DNA of 44,198 nucleotides from a virus (Duplodnaviria; Heunggongvirae; Uroviricota; Caudoviricetes): IMG/VR virus record IMGVR_UViG_2541047823_000013; one strand, 5' to 3'. Shown piece by piece: positions 27,365 to 36,335 of this stretch (position 1 is its first letter; each line of letters starts with the position of its first letter). The notes under the pieces were generated by a model. It saw only the letters and a program-made list of their open reading frames with translations, ran no database searches and was not told where the DNA came from. The position numbers and the translations under genes were made by a program.

Positions 27365-28447
27365 ATGAAAAAATTAACAGTGGCAATTTCTGCTGTAGCT
27401 GCATCAGTACTGATGGCGATGTCTGCTCAGGCAGCTGAAATTTATAATAAAGACAGTAACAAGCTGGATCTATACGGGAAAGTTAATGCCAAGCACTACT
27501 TCTCCTCTAATGATGCAGATGATGGTGATACTACTTATGCTCGTCTTGGCTTCAAAGGTGAAACCCAAATCAACGATCAACTGACTGGTTTCGGTCAGTG
27601 GGAATATGACTTCAAAGGCAACCGTGCTGAATCTCAAGGTTCTTCCAAAGACAACACCCGTCTTGCATTTGCAGGCCTGAAATTTGGTGATTACGGCTCA
27701 ATCGATTACGGCCGTAACTTCGGTGTAGCATACGACATCGGTGCGTGGACTGACGTCCTGCCAGAATTCGGTGGTGACACTTGGACTCAAACCGACGTGT
27801 TCATGACTCAACGTGCAACTGGTGTTGCAACTTATCGTAACAACGACTTCTTTGGTCTGGTCGATGGCCTGAACTTTGCTGCTCAGTATCAGGGTAAAAA
27901 TGACCGCACTGACGTAGCTGAAGCCAATGGTGATGGTTTCGGTTTCTCCACTACTTATGAGTATGAAGGATTCGGCGTGGGTGCAACCTATGCTAAATCA
28001 GATCGCACTGACGGTCAGGTCGCCTATGGTAAGAGCAAATTCAATGCCTCCGGCAAAAATGCGGAAGTATGGGCTGCAGGCCTGAAATATGATGCGAACA
28101 ATATCTATCTGGCTACCACATATTCTGAAACTCAGAATATGACCGTTTTTGGTAATAACCATATTGCAAACAAAGCACAAAACTTTGAAGCAGTAGCACA
28201 ATATCAGTTTGACTTCGGTCTGCGCCCATCTGTTGCTTACCTTCAGTCAAAAGGTAAAGACCTTGGTGTTCATGGTGACCGAGACTTAGTCAAGTATGTC
28301 GATGTCGGTGCTACTTACTACTTTAATAAAAACATGTCCACTTTTGTTGATTACAAAATCAACTTAATTGACGATAGTAAGTTTACCAAAACAGCTGGTA
28401 TTGATACCGACGACATCGTCGCTGTAGGTCTGGTTTATCAGTTCTAA
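27365..28447 (+). CDS. nmpC: OmpC-family general porin (NmpC/Lc-type prophage porin)
   Basis: Track ORF 27305..28447 trimmed to [23 protein letters not shown] signal peptide; [17 protein letters not shown]..., ...[22 protein letters not shown]...VGLVYQF; preceded by ~450 bp of AT-rich upstream DNA. Confidence 0.95.
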   Translation: MKKLTVAISAVAASVLMAMSAQAAEIYNKDSNKLDLYGKVNAKHYFSSNDADDGDTTYARLGFKGETQINDQLTGFGQWEYDFKGNRAESQGSSKDNTRLAFAGLKFGDYGSIDYGRNFGVAYDIGAWTDVLPEFGGDTWTQTDVFMTQRATGVATYRNNDFFGLVDGLNFAAQYQGKNDRTDVAEANGDGFGFSTTYEYEGFGVGATYAKSDRTDGQVAYGKSKFNASGKNAEVWAAGLKYDANNIYLATTYSETQNMTVFGNNHIANKAQNFEAVAQYQFDFGLRPSVAYLQSKGKDLGVHGDRDLVKYVDVGATYYFNKNMSTFVDYKINLIDDSKFTKTAGIDTDDIVAVGLVYQF

Positions 28448-28464
28448 TCTGACTTACGAAAAAG

Positions 28465-28498
28465 ATATGTTGCGGGAGGCTTTGCCTCCGCAACATAT
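28465..28498 (-). terminator. strong hairpin terminator; candidate tR' downstream of Q, also porin 3' end
   Basis: About 15-bp stem ATATGTTGCGGGAGGC / GCCTCCGCAACATAT, followed on the minus strand by CTTTTT. Confidence 0.55.
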
Positions 28499-28583
28499 AA
28501 GTGGAGCCCTCAAGCCACTTCCTTTAGAAGCACTACCTTGCTTCTTACTATATAAACCTTCTGTTATATATTACCCTTTATTT

Positions 28584-28608
28584 GGGGGCGTTTCCACGCC
28601 CCATTTTT
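28584..28608 (+). terminator. intrinsic terminator downstream of the porin
   Basis: GGGGCG-TTTCCA-CGCCCC hairpin followed by ATTTTT. Confidence 0.5.
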
Positions 28609-28634
28609 AATAACTTTTAGTAAACAATTGCATA

Positions 28635-29033
28635 TCAATTAGAATTATTAGCAACGATATCCATATCTAACCGGATATCTAATGCCATTAACATCCCTTC
28701 AATTATGCCCTCAGCCTTCTGTAACCTTTTCCCGATATAACCATCCGAGCAGCAATGCTTACTTGCCAGTGACATGAATGTCATACCACATACATAATAA
28801 TCTACTAATAAATCGTGTAAATCGCTGTTGTTCTTTTTCAGACGGGCCATGCACCCGCAAATGATCATCGCGTCATCGTCACAACATTGCGGGCGAGATT
28901 TTACTTTTGAAGGAATTAATCCCTTAAAACCGGCAGCAATGGACGACCAGGTCACATCCTCATGATTATTTGCCGCCCATGCTCCCCAGCGTTCGAGAAC
29001 CATCTGAATATCACGCATCAACTTTCTCCACAA
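28635..29033 (-). CDS. late-gene antitermination protein Q-like
   Basis: 132 aa, [22 protein letters not shown]..., Cys-rich [16 protein letters not shown]; last gene before the late operon. Confidence 0.7.
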   Translation of the reverse strand: MWRKLMRDIQMVLERWGAWAANNHEDVTWSSIAAGFKGLIPSKVKSRPQCCDDDAMIICGCMARLKKNNSDLHDLLVDYYVCGMTFMSLASKHCCSDGYIGKRLQKAEGIIEGMLMALDIRLDMDIVANNSN

Positions 29034-29035
29034 AA

Positions 29036-30031
29036 TCAGGACAGCACACCAATCGCCAGCGCGCGATCGATAAAACGAAATATCAGCTCCAGTTGGGAAC
29101 CATACTTCTCTTCAAATGCCACGGTATCCGCATGCAGTCCGTCATGGTGTTTTCTGCACAAAGGCAACACAAAAAGGTCATGCGCTTTTGTACCCATTCC
29201 ACCCTGACCATGACCAATCAGGTGATGAGGATCGTCGGCTGGCTTACCACAACATGCACACGGCTGCGTCTTAACCCAGCGCGTGTACTTTTCATTAACC
29301 CAGCGACGACGTTTGGGGCGTAACATAAAAGACTCCGGCGACTCCGGATCCACTTTCAGCGCCAGCACCTTTTTCGCCTTATCCCGGATGATGCTGGTGG
29401 CAGGAACCGAAGGCACAAGGTCACTTTCCCGGGTGACAGACGGCACAACAGGCTTCGGTAATCTCAGTGCCTTACGGGCTGCACTTTCCGGTAAGGCATC
29501 CGCCAGGTCATTACGAACCAGCCACCAGCACAGTTCCGGCATTGTCACAACGTGGCTGTCATCAAAACCGAGATCACGACGGACTACGGACAACACCCAG
29601 CGGGCACAGTTATCCGTTGCCATTGATTCCAGACGTTCCGTGAACTGATCGCGAAGCAGGTTATCGCAGTGCCAGCACAGACGGATTGCGCCCGGCGCGT
29701 GTCGCATTGTGGTCATGTTCTCGCTGTGCCATCCGGAATGAGGCCACTGGCAGCCTTTTTCACGAAGTAACCAGCTCTCAAGGCATTCCACGCCACCAGC
29801 ACGACGGATCACCGCCTCATGGCGGAACACGGCCCGAACGGCAGGATCATCCGCCAGCGGTTGTGATGCTGCCGGAACGGCACCACTGGCAAAAGATGAA
29901 TAACGTTCCGGCTCAGGCTCCAGCAGGACACGCCCCTGCATAAACAGGGGCATCAGCTCTGAACCGGGTCTGAACAAGACGATCCCCATACGCGGGGCAA
30001 TTTCAGGGGTCAGCAGTGCTCTCACGGTCAC
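29036..30031 (-). CDS. DUF968-like nin-region protein (putative HNH-like nuclease)
   Basis: 331 aa with C-terminal [44 protein letters not shown]. Confidence 0.6.
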   Translation of the reverse strand: MTVRALLTPEIAPRMGIVLFRPGSELMPLFMQGRVLLEPEPERYSSFASGAVPAASQPLADDPAVRAVFRHEAVIRRAGGVECLESWLLREKGCQWPHSGWHSENMTTMRHAPGAIRLCWHCDNLLRDQFTERLESMATDNCARWVLSVVRRDLGFDDSHVVTMPELCWWLVRNDLADALPESAARKALRLPKPVVPSVTRESDLVPSVPATSIIRDKAKKVLALKVDPESPESFMLRPKRRRWVNEKYTRWVKTQPCACCGKPADDPHHLIGHGQGGMGTKAHDLFVLPLCRKHHDGLHADTVAFEEKYGSQLELIFRFIDRALAIGVLS

Positions 30032-30077
30032 CTCAGCGAACGGTATTGCATGAACGCAGGAGAAAAAAATTCAGCCA

Positions 30078-30335
30078 TCACGCAGTAAACTCCTTCACCA
30101 GCGTTTCAAACTGGCTTACCTGTCCTTCCAGTTCCGCCACGCAATCCACCAGCTCATCCACCGCCTTTTGTGTGCGGTGTTTTGCCTGCAGCAGATCACG
30201 AAGCGCCGGAGTAAGCTGCTTGCGGAGCGTATCTTTTTTCACGCTCGTTTTTTCCATCTGTTCAGCACAACGAAGCATCTCCTGCGCCTGCCGACGAAGT
30301 TGTTCCGGTGAAACAGTGATTGTTCTGTTGTTCAA
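30078..30335 (-). CDS. hypothetical coiled-coil protein
   Basis: 85-aa ORF with 4-nt overlap to the helicase gene. Confidence 0.5.
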   Translation of the reverse strand: MNNRTITVSPEQLRRQAQEMLRCAEQMEKTSVKKDTLRKQLTPALRDLLQAKHRTQKAVDELVDCVAELEGQVSQFETLVKEFTA

Positions 30336-31732
30336 AATAAACGCTCCGTTTTACTGCCCGACATGCGGTTATTGCTGTATCTGCGCGGATTGCCCGGCGT
30401 CATGGGTGTGGAAAGAACCCGGGCACTCTCCTGGTCCACAGGCAGAAAATGTCCGTTATGAAAACGCCGGTAAATGGTCCCGAGTGTGCCATTACGCTGT
30501 TTCGTGATGTTGATTTCTGCTATGCCTCTGGCCTGTGTATCCGGGTTATACACCTCATCCCTGTAAAGCATCAGAATGATGTCGGCATCAGCCTCTATTT
30601 CCCCGGAGTTTTTCAGGTCTGAGTTCATGGGACGTTTATTGGGTCTGGATTCCACGCCTCGGGAGAGCTGGCTCAGAGCAATCAGCGGGAAACCGCCGGA
30701 TTTTGCCAGGCTTTTAAGTCCCTTTGAGATTTCCCCCACAGCAAGGTCGTGACGCCCCGTGCTGCGGGTTTTAATCAGACCGAGGTAATCGACCACCACC
30801 AGCGCCGTTTCCGGGTGTTTCATCCGGTGGTGCTTCGTGGTTGCACATATCTCATCAATGGTCAGGTTTGCCTGATCCACCATCCAGATATTACGCCCCG
30901 TCATTCGTCCCACGCCCTGCGAGAAACGCGCCCAGTCTTCATCTTCAAAACGGGCAACAGACTTAAGACGGGATACCGGCATTCCACCGGCAGCAGACAC
31001 CATACGTTCACCAATCTGGATGTTCGCCATCTCCATGGTGAACAGAAGCACGCCATGCCCCTGCTCAGTCACCTTGTCGATGATGTCCAGCGCAAGTTCG
31101 GTTTTCCCCATCGAAGGACGGGCGGCAATGAATACCAGGTCTCCGGGCTCCATACCGCCCGTTTTTGCGTCCAGTTCATCAATACCGGTCATCAGCGCCC
31201 TGGATTTCTCCAGTCCCTGATTGCGGCATTCAACACGGTCGACCACTTCCGGAAGGACATCATCAATGTGAACCGGCTGAATGACGCCCTTTCCGGTCGA
31301 CAGTGAGGCCATCATGTTCTGCACATCCTTCAGGGCATCCTCGGCTGCTTCACAGGTATACGCATCACGTAAATTCTGTAATGCTTCAGTCAGTGTTTTT
31401 TCTGCATCGCGCAGTGCGGCATTGCGCCGCAACGCTGCGACATAGTGCTCCAGTGAAGACTTCACCCAGGTTTTGCGTCCGGTGTCGGTAATCACCGGGG
31501 CAAGTTCCGGCATCTCATTGCACAGCAGTACGGGGTCAATGACGCCGGATATGCGAGCCTGTCTGCAAATCCCCGCGTAAATATCCCGGTACTGACGCAC
31601 AAAAAATACATCCGCCGGAAGTGTGGCCAGAATATCCATCACTTCCGGATCGGCCCCACGCAGAAAAAACGCACCGATGACAGCGCCTTCCAGGTCATCG
31701 TTACGCCATGCCGGGGTGTTCTGGCTGGTCAT
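30332..31732 (-). CDS. replicative DNA helicase, DnaB-like
   Basis: 466 aa; Walker A GDLVFIAARPSMGKTELALD; DnaB-like N-terminal domain. Confidence 0.85.
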   Translation of the reverse strand: MTSQNTPAWRNDDLEGAVIGAFFLRGADPEVMDILATLPADVFFVRQYRDIYAGICRQARISGVIDPVLLCNEMPELAPVITDTGRKTWVKSSLEHYVAALRRNAALRDAEKTLTEALQNLRDAYTCEAAEDALKDVQNMMASLSTGKGVIQPVHIDDVLPEVVDRVECRNQGLEKSRALMTGIDELDAKTGGMEPGDLVFIAARPSMGKTELALDIIDKVTEQGHGVLLFTMEMANIQIGERMVSAAGGMPVSRLKSVARFEDEDWARFSQGVGRMTGRNIWMVDQANLTIDEICATTKHHRMKHPETALVVVDYLGLIKTRSTGRHDLAVGEISKGLKSLAKSGGFPLIALSQLSRGVESRPNKRPMNSDLKNSGEIEADADIILMLYRDEVYNPDTQARGIAEINITKQRNGTLGTIYRRFHNGHFLPVDQESARVLSTPMTPGNPRRYSNNRMSGSKTERLF

Positions 31733-32637
31733 GCGGCAACACCTCCGATACGAGAACGGTAGCTGGGCCAGTTAAACGACAACCAGTTGCGCCCGCCATC
31801 GGTGATTCTGTCGGCAATCCGGGGACTGATGAACGCCCACAATTCTTCCGGTGAAAGGTTGCTGATCAGGATAGTTGGCAAAATACCCTCATACCGGGCA
31901 TTGATAATTTCCTGCAAAATGGCCATTTCAGCCGCACTGCCAAACTGAACGCCGACTTCGTCGACAATCAGCAAATCCAGTGACGCATAATGCTCAATGA
32001 CGTCATCCGCTGTTTTTTCACTGTCATTCCGCCAGCAGTTTTTCACAGCCCGGGTAAGGCGCATCACGTCGGTGATCTCCACACTGGCCAGATAGTTACG
32101 GATGATGTGTTTTGCCATTGATACCGCCAGATGATTTTTCCCGGTACCGCAACTGCCGGTCATAACAAGACTGGTACCGTTCTCCAGCATATCTGGCCAG
32201 TTCTCCGCATAGCGGCGACAGGCCGCAAGATTTCTGGCTGCGTCAGGATTAACCTCCAGATAATTATCAAACTCGCAGTCCCGAAAACGCAGAGCAATTC
32301 CGGCGTTATCAGTCAGTTCTTCCGCCTTGAGGGACGACAGTTCCATGGTCAAATCACTGGCCTCAGCGATCAAGCAGTCAGGGCAGCATGAAATTTTTTC
32401 TCTGTCCTCGCCATTACGATCGATCCACACCAGTATATGCGTACGATATTTACCGTGTTTTTCGCAATATCCGCGACCTTCACGCATCAGGCAGGAACGA
32501 TAAGGCCATGGCTTTTCGCCCTTCTGAGCAAATGCAATCTCTGCCCGTAACTCATCCATTTCTGCCCGTAACTCATCCATTCGCGCCTGTAGTCTTGTTT
32601 GTTTCTCACGTTGGTCAATCGTCATCATCGCTGTCAC
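31729..32637 (-). CDS. helicase loader, DnaC/IstB-like AAA+ ATPase
   Basis: 302 aa; Walker A GSCGTGKNHLAVSMA, Walker B LLIVDEVG; N-terminal MDELRAE duplicated. Confidence 0.85.
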   Translation of the reverse strand: MTAMMTIDQREKQTRLQARMDELRAEMDELRAEIAFAQKGEKPWPYRSCLMREGRGYCEKHGKYRTHILVWIDRNGEDREKISCCPDCLIAEASDLTMELSSLKAEELTDNAGIALRFRDCEFDNYLEVNPDAARNLAACRRYAENWPDMLENGTSLVMTGSCGTGKNHLAVSMAKHIIRNYLASVEITDVMRLTRAVKNCWRNDSEKTADDVIEHYASLDLLIVDEVGVQFGSAAEMAILQEIINARYEGILPTILISNLSPEELWAFISPRIADRITDGGRNWLSFNWPSYRSRIGGVAA

Positions 32638-32638
32638 C

Positions 32639-33631
32639 TCAGAATGTCAATTTGTTACTGGATTTACCGAATTTGTCAGACATGGCTCCCAGGCCAGCCA
32701 GGACATCGACCTGTCGCTGTCGCCCACCTCCGTGAGCGGCTGGCTGTTGCCAGTAATCTTCGAAGTGACGATCGGGTCCAAAGAACGTCGCAGCCTGCTT
32801 CACGAACTGTGTGCCGGTATTTCCTGTAGCACGTACCCAAGCGGCATACCGCTTCACGCCATCAAGCATGGTCTCCGGTTTTATTCCCTCCCTGATACGG
32901 GCTTTCCAGGCTTTGAAGGCTGCTGACTTGGAATTGCCACCAGCACGTTTGGGATATTCCTGCCAGGCCTGTTCAAATTCCGGTGAATATTCCTGTCGGG
33001 CAGAACGCGCTGGCGCAGACGCGTCAGCGGACGCATCAATAGTGTTTTTAGTCTCCGTTGTAATCTCTGTAGTAATCTCTGTATTTGTATCAACATTCGG
33101 CGTATCCCCTGTTCCGTTATGACGTCGGGGGGTGTTCCGTTTTAACGTAATAGCTGTATCGCTGATTGCATTATTGCTGTTACTTTCTGGCGAAACAGAA
33201 GAAGGTGTGGTGATGGCCGCAATTGCCTGTGGGTTGATCCCGACAAACAAAATATTGCTGCATTTCACCCCATCGAGCATTTCCACCGTGCGTAAATCCA
33301 GAGTAATAAACCCTGCATCGCGCAGACGCTTCAGCGCATCTGCGGTTTCCCTTTTCCCGAAACCAAACTGCTCAGCAAACGCCTGGTAGCTTCTTTGCAG
33401 TTTGTCGCCCTGAAAACGCTTGCGATATCCCAGCAACGCTCCGGTGTGCTCATCCCTGACCTCTGTCGGGCGGTACCAGTAAACGATCTCTGAAAGCAGA
33501 GCGATAGCCGTCGCATCCGGACGCCCACTGGGTAGTCGAATATATTTCCACCAGTTCGCAGGTGTAACATTGCCGGAAATATTAATTTGACCAATAGCCA
33601 TAACTTCCGGTGTGGGGGCGTAACGGCTCAT
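32639..33631 (-). CDS. replication initiator / replisome organizer (O-like)
   Basis: 330 aa; N-terminal DNA-binding-like region, low-complexity linker encoded by DNA repeats, C-terminal EFEQAWQEYPKRAGGNSKSAAFKAWKARI. Confidence 0.7.
   Translation of the reverse strand: MSRYAPTPEVMAIGQINISGNVTPANWWKYIRLPSGRPDATAIALLSEIVYWYRPTEVRDEHTGALLGYRKRFQGDKLQRSYQAFAEQFGFGKRETADALKRLRDAGFITLDLRTVEMLDGVKCSNILFVGINPQAIAAITTPSSVSPESNSNNAISDTAITLKRNTPRRHNGTGDTPNVDTNTEITTEITTETKNTIDASADASAPARSARQEYSPEFEQAWQEYPKRAGGNSKSAAFKAWKARIREGIKPETMLDGVKRYAAWVRATGNTGTQFVKQAATFFGPDRHFEDYWQQPAAHGGGRQRQVDVLAGLGAMSDKFGKSSNKLTF
33053..33085. repeat. iteron-like 12-bp direct repeats inside the O-like gene (candidate origin)
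   Basis: GTAATCTCTGTA twice in tandem, plus nearby TGTTCCGTT repeats and an AT-richer stretch to ~33180. Confidence 0.45.
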
Positions 33632-33927
33632 ACAACCTCCTTCCGCGGCATGAGAATTGTGTAGCCACGCGCAGGTTGTAGTCTGGCTTTTGCATCAATA
33701 GTAAGCGTTGCAATTTTTCGGATATGAAGATAACCAGCTCTTTCCAGTGCCAGGGTTTCCCTGAATATCGCTTGCTTAGAACAACAGCAGAAATCAGCAA
33801 GCACCTGATGATCAATAACTCTCTCGCCTTCACCGTCTGAAGAACCCGACATCAAAACACGCAACATAATCAGGCGCTGAATCGGGTTATCGAAAGCACA
33901 TCCGCACACAAACTGAAAACAGTTCAC
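33628..33927 (-). CDS. putative winged-helix DNA-binding protein
   Basis: 99 aa, ...SKQAIFRETLALERAGYLHIRK...; 4-nt overlap with the O-like gene. Confidence 0.5.
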   Translation of the reverse strand: MNCFQFVCGCAFDNPIQRLIMLRVLMSGSSDGEGERVIDHQVLADFCCCSKQAIFRETLALERAGYLHIRKIATLTIDAKARLQPARGYTILMPRKEVV

Positions 33928-34148
33928 GCCACACCTCCCAGACGCTTAAACATTTTTCCAGACAGAAATACCGCCAGAGGGTAACTGATGGTGTAGCTAC
34001 GCCCCTGTAGTTCGCACACGACTTTCTGGCTTTCAGCGTTGACTAGGCAAACCCGCAGAACGTGACCGTTGCTGGTGGCGAACCACTGCCCCACACGGGG
34101 GCAACGGTTGTATCGGTGATACAGGGAATTAACGATGTGGCGGATCAT
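33924..34148 (-). CDS. hypothetical protein
   Basis: 74 aa, 4-nt overlaps on both sides. Confidence 0.45.
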   Translation of the reverse strand: MIRHIVNSLYHRYNRCPRVGQWFATSNGHVLRVCLVNAESQKVVCELQGRSYTISYPLAVFLSGKMFKRLGGVA

Positions 34149-34339
34149 GGACGCACCTCCGCCGTAGTTACGTATTTAACCGGGCTACCTTTCATTGAGA
34201 TGGTTTCACACATCTCTGCCGCTTTCAGTTCCGCTGTTTTTCTGGATTTATAGCGACGGTGCCAGACAGATACATCCGTGCGAACTGATACATCGTTTCT
34301 GTATTCCGTAGTGGAGATGATGATTTCGTAACTAATCAT
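34145..34339 (-). CDS. hypothetical protein
   Basis: 64 aa, 4-nt overlaps on both sides. Confidence 0.45.
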   Translation of the reverse strand: MISYEIIISTTEYRNDVSVRTDVSVWHRRYKSRKTAELKAAEMCETISMKGSPVKYVTTAEVRP

Positions 34340-35184
34340 GGGCGAACCTCCTTGTCAGAACCATTCAGCCTGGAATCAACAAGTGCAGCGCCAAAAACAG
34401 CATCACCAACACGGTCGTACAGTTTGCTAGCCAGCGGAGATTCAACGGCCTTAAGCATTGGATAAAGCTGGCTTGTCCAGATTTGATGGATTTCACGCAA
34501 ATGCAGGTATACGCCTCTGGCGTTTCGTGCGACAGCTGACATATCAACCGCGTCAGCACCAGATAAATTCTTCTCCATCTGGTTAAAGGCGTTGATGTAT
34601 GCCTCTTTGAACCGGGCTGCACGTTTGCCAGTAAAGCCCATAGCAAGGAACGCGAAGCCATCGCGGGTGATTTGATAGCAAGGTAGTTTGCGGCCTGTGC
34701 AATCGGTGTAATCACTGGGCTGAAAATTCAGCTCAGTGAATTCAACAGAGCACTCAAGCGTCTGGATTTTTTGAATAACGTTTTTGTGCTGCTTGCAGAA
34801 ATATTCGGCAACGGCCAAAGAAGAGGTAACAGCCTTCCCATGGATAACATCAATTTTAGGGTGAGTTTGGGTAGGGGTGGTTGCCATAGTGACATCCTCA
34901 TGTGCGAATTTTGAAAACTCACCACATGGGACGCCAATCACAGAGGTGGTGAGACGTACAGGGTTGGCGTAACCGGTCGCACATGACCCCGGCGCATCTT
35001 TCGATGCCCCTGCACGCCCCACCATAATTTGGATGTGAGGAAACGTGCGCAAAAAAACCGCTGAAGCGCGGTTATGCGCATGTGCGAATTTCAGGACGCC
35101 AATCCCGGCACCCGCTTTATAAGGTGCGGAGACAGTGTAACGTCCCGAAATTGCAGAATCAATATTTGGTCTTGAAATGATCAT
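34336..35184 (-). CDS. Rha-family phage regulatory / antirepressor-like protein
   Basis: Rha-type block HPKIDVIHGKAVTSSLAVAEYFCKQHKNVIQKI; the true start may be the internal Met at ~34887 (MATTPTQTHPK), leaving a ~400-bp non-coding gap. Confidence 0.6.
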   Translation of the reverse strand: MIISRPNIDSAISGRYTVSAPYKAGAGIGVLKFAHAHNRASAVFLRTFPHIQIMVGRAGASKDAPGSCATGYANPVRLTTSVIGVPCGEFSKFAHEDVTMATTPTQTHPKIDVIHGKAVTSSLAVAEYFCKQHKNVIQKIQTLECSVEFTELNFQPSDYTDCTGRKLPCYQITRDGFAFLAMGFTGKRAARFKEAYINAFNQMEKNLSGADAVDMSAVARNARGVYLHLREIHQIWTSQLYPMLKAVESPLASKLYDRVGDAVFGAALVDSRLNGSDKEVRP

Positions 35185-35292
35185 ATAGCTGCTGATATCT
35201 TTAGAACTGTTCTTGGATGTTTCGGAGCCGTTTTATGCGAAACAGCTCCCCGTTATTGATGTTGAGTGAGCCGGGTTACTCCCGGCTTTTTT

Positions 35293-36000
35293 TCACCGCT
35301 GCCAACCAATAACCTGAAATAACCCCATTTTCGGGTGATACCAGCGAGTCCCTCGCGGTTCTGCTTCCTCCATAACCCGATAAAAAGCAGCCATAAACGG
35401 TTCCACAGCAACAATTGCGCGACGTGACAACAATCCGTCCGGCGTCATGAACTCATGGGTGTCTGTAGGAATTTGATAGGCGTTCACCAGATTGCGGCAT
35501 TTATCATCTGACAAACCGGTTTTTGCTTTCAGTTGGCGATATCCGGCATAGCCCTCACGAATAGTGCCCTTTTTAATTTGCTCGACTGTTTCAGCAACGT
35601 GGCTGACTTTTTCTTCCACCTGAGTGATCCGTTTCTGTTGGCGAACGGCTTCAAGAGCCATCGCGGCAACCATTTCGATTTCGCTCATTGGCTTACGGAT
35701 CTGTTCTTCCAGTTCGCGCCAGCGATCTACCAGGCGAGATGTGAATTCAGGACAGAGCTGTGCGACGACAATGATGCTGTCGCGCTTACCTCGTTCACCT
35801 TCGAATACATACGCGCTAGAAAATCGGCGAGGCCCAAGTGATTGTTTATTCTCAATTTCCACAGTCTGTGGAAATTGGATGATTCCCTTTTTAGCCAGTG
35901 TTTCAATAGTTCTCTTAACACTATCTGGTCGGCTTCCCACCAGCTCTGCGATCTCAACGCTGGTCATGGATGCTTTGCCGTTAAAAATTGCGGTGTTCAT
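35293..36000 (-). CDS. phage regulatory protein with N-terminal HTH-like segment
   Basis: 235 aa, MTSVEIAELVGSRPDSVKRTIETLAKKGII; second gene of the rightward early operon. Confidence 0.55.
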   Translation of the reverse strand: MNTAIFNGKASMTSVEIAELVGSRPDSVKRTIETLAKKGIIQFPQTVEIENKQSLGPRRFSSAYVFEGERGKRDSIIVVAQLCPEFTSRLVDRWRELEEQIRKPMSEIEMVAAMALEAVRQQKRITQVEEKVSHVAETVEQIKKGTIREGYAGYRQLKAKTGLSDDKCRNLVNAYQIPTDTHEFMTPDGLLSRRAIVAVEPFMAAFYRVMEEAEPRGTRWYHPKMGLFQVIGWQR

Positions 36001-36224
36001 TGTTGGTCTCCTGTGGGCTTGTCATCTTCTGTATTCGCTAGACTTGGGTGTGTATATGGAATGCTCGGATCCAGATGACAAAGAATGGCAACATCCTCCG
36101 GAACACCTCGCGTTTTCCACTTTCCAACACCTTGACTGCCACGAGGCCTTCCTTTCTTTGGGAACCTGCGACCAATAGCGGCATTGGTTTTAAATTGAAT
36201 TTTTAATATTTCATAAAGGGTCAT
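35997..36224 (-). CDS. small basic protein in the Cro position
   Basis: 75 aa; its stop overlaps the next start (ATGA); first ORF divergent from cI; no clear HTH. Confidence 0.4.
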   Translation of the reverse strand: MTLYEILKIQFKTNAAIGRRFPKKGRPRGSQGVGKWKTRGVPEDVAILCHLDPSIPYTHPSLANTEDDKPTGDQQ

Positions 36225-36277
36225 TCTTTAGTCTCACACCAGATACTTTGTTATTCAACGATGTTAACCACAGGAAT

Positions 36278-36313
36278 CCAAAGTATCAAGAAATTCTGTT
36301 ACTTTAGTATCAA
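36278..36313. promoter_or_regulatory. candidate OR operator region
   Basis: CCAAAGTATCAA and AGTATCAA repeats in the ~110-bp divergent region upstream of cI. Confidence 0.45.
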
Positions 36314-36335
36314 CAGCCATGAGAGGAGAAGAAAA

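Larger units (their letters stand above)
24823..27885. repeat. tandem duplication, copy 2 (3,063 bp)
   Basis: Direct repeat of 21760..24822; junction at 24822/24823 joins porin codon ~173 to nanS-p antisense. Confidence 0.9.
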
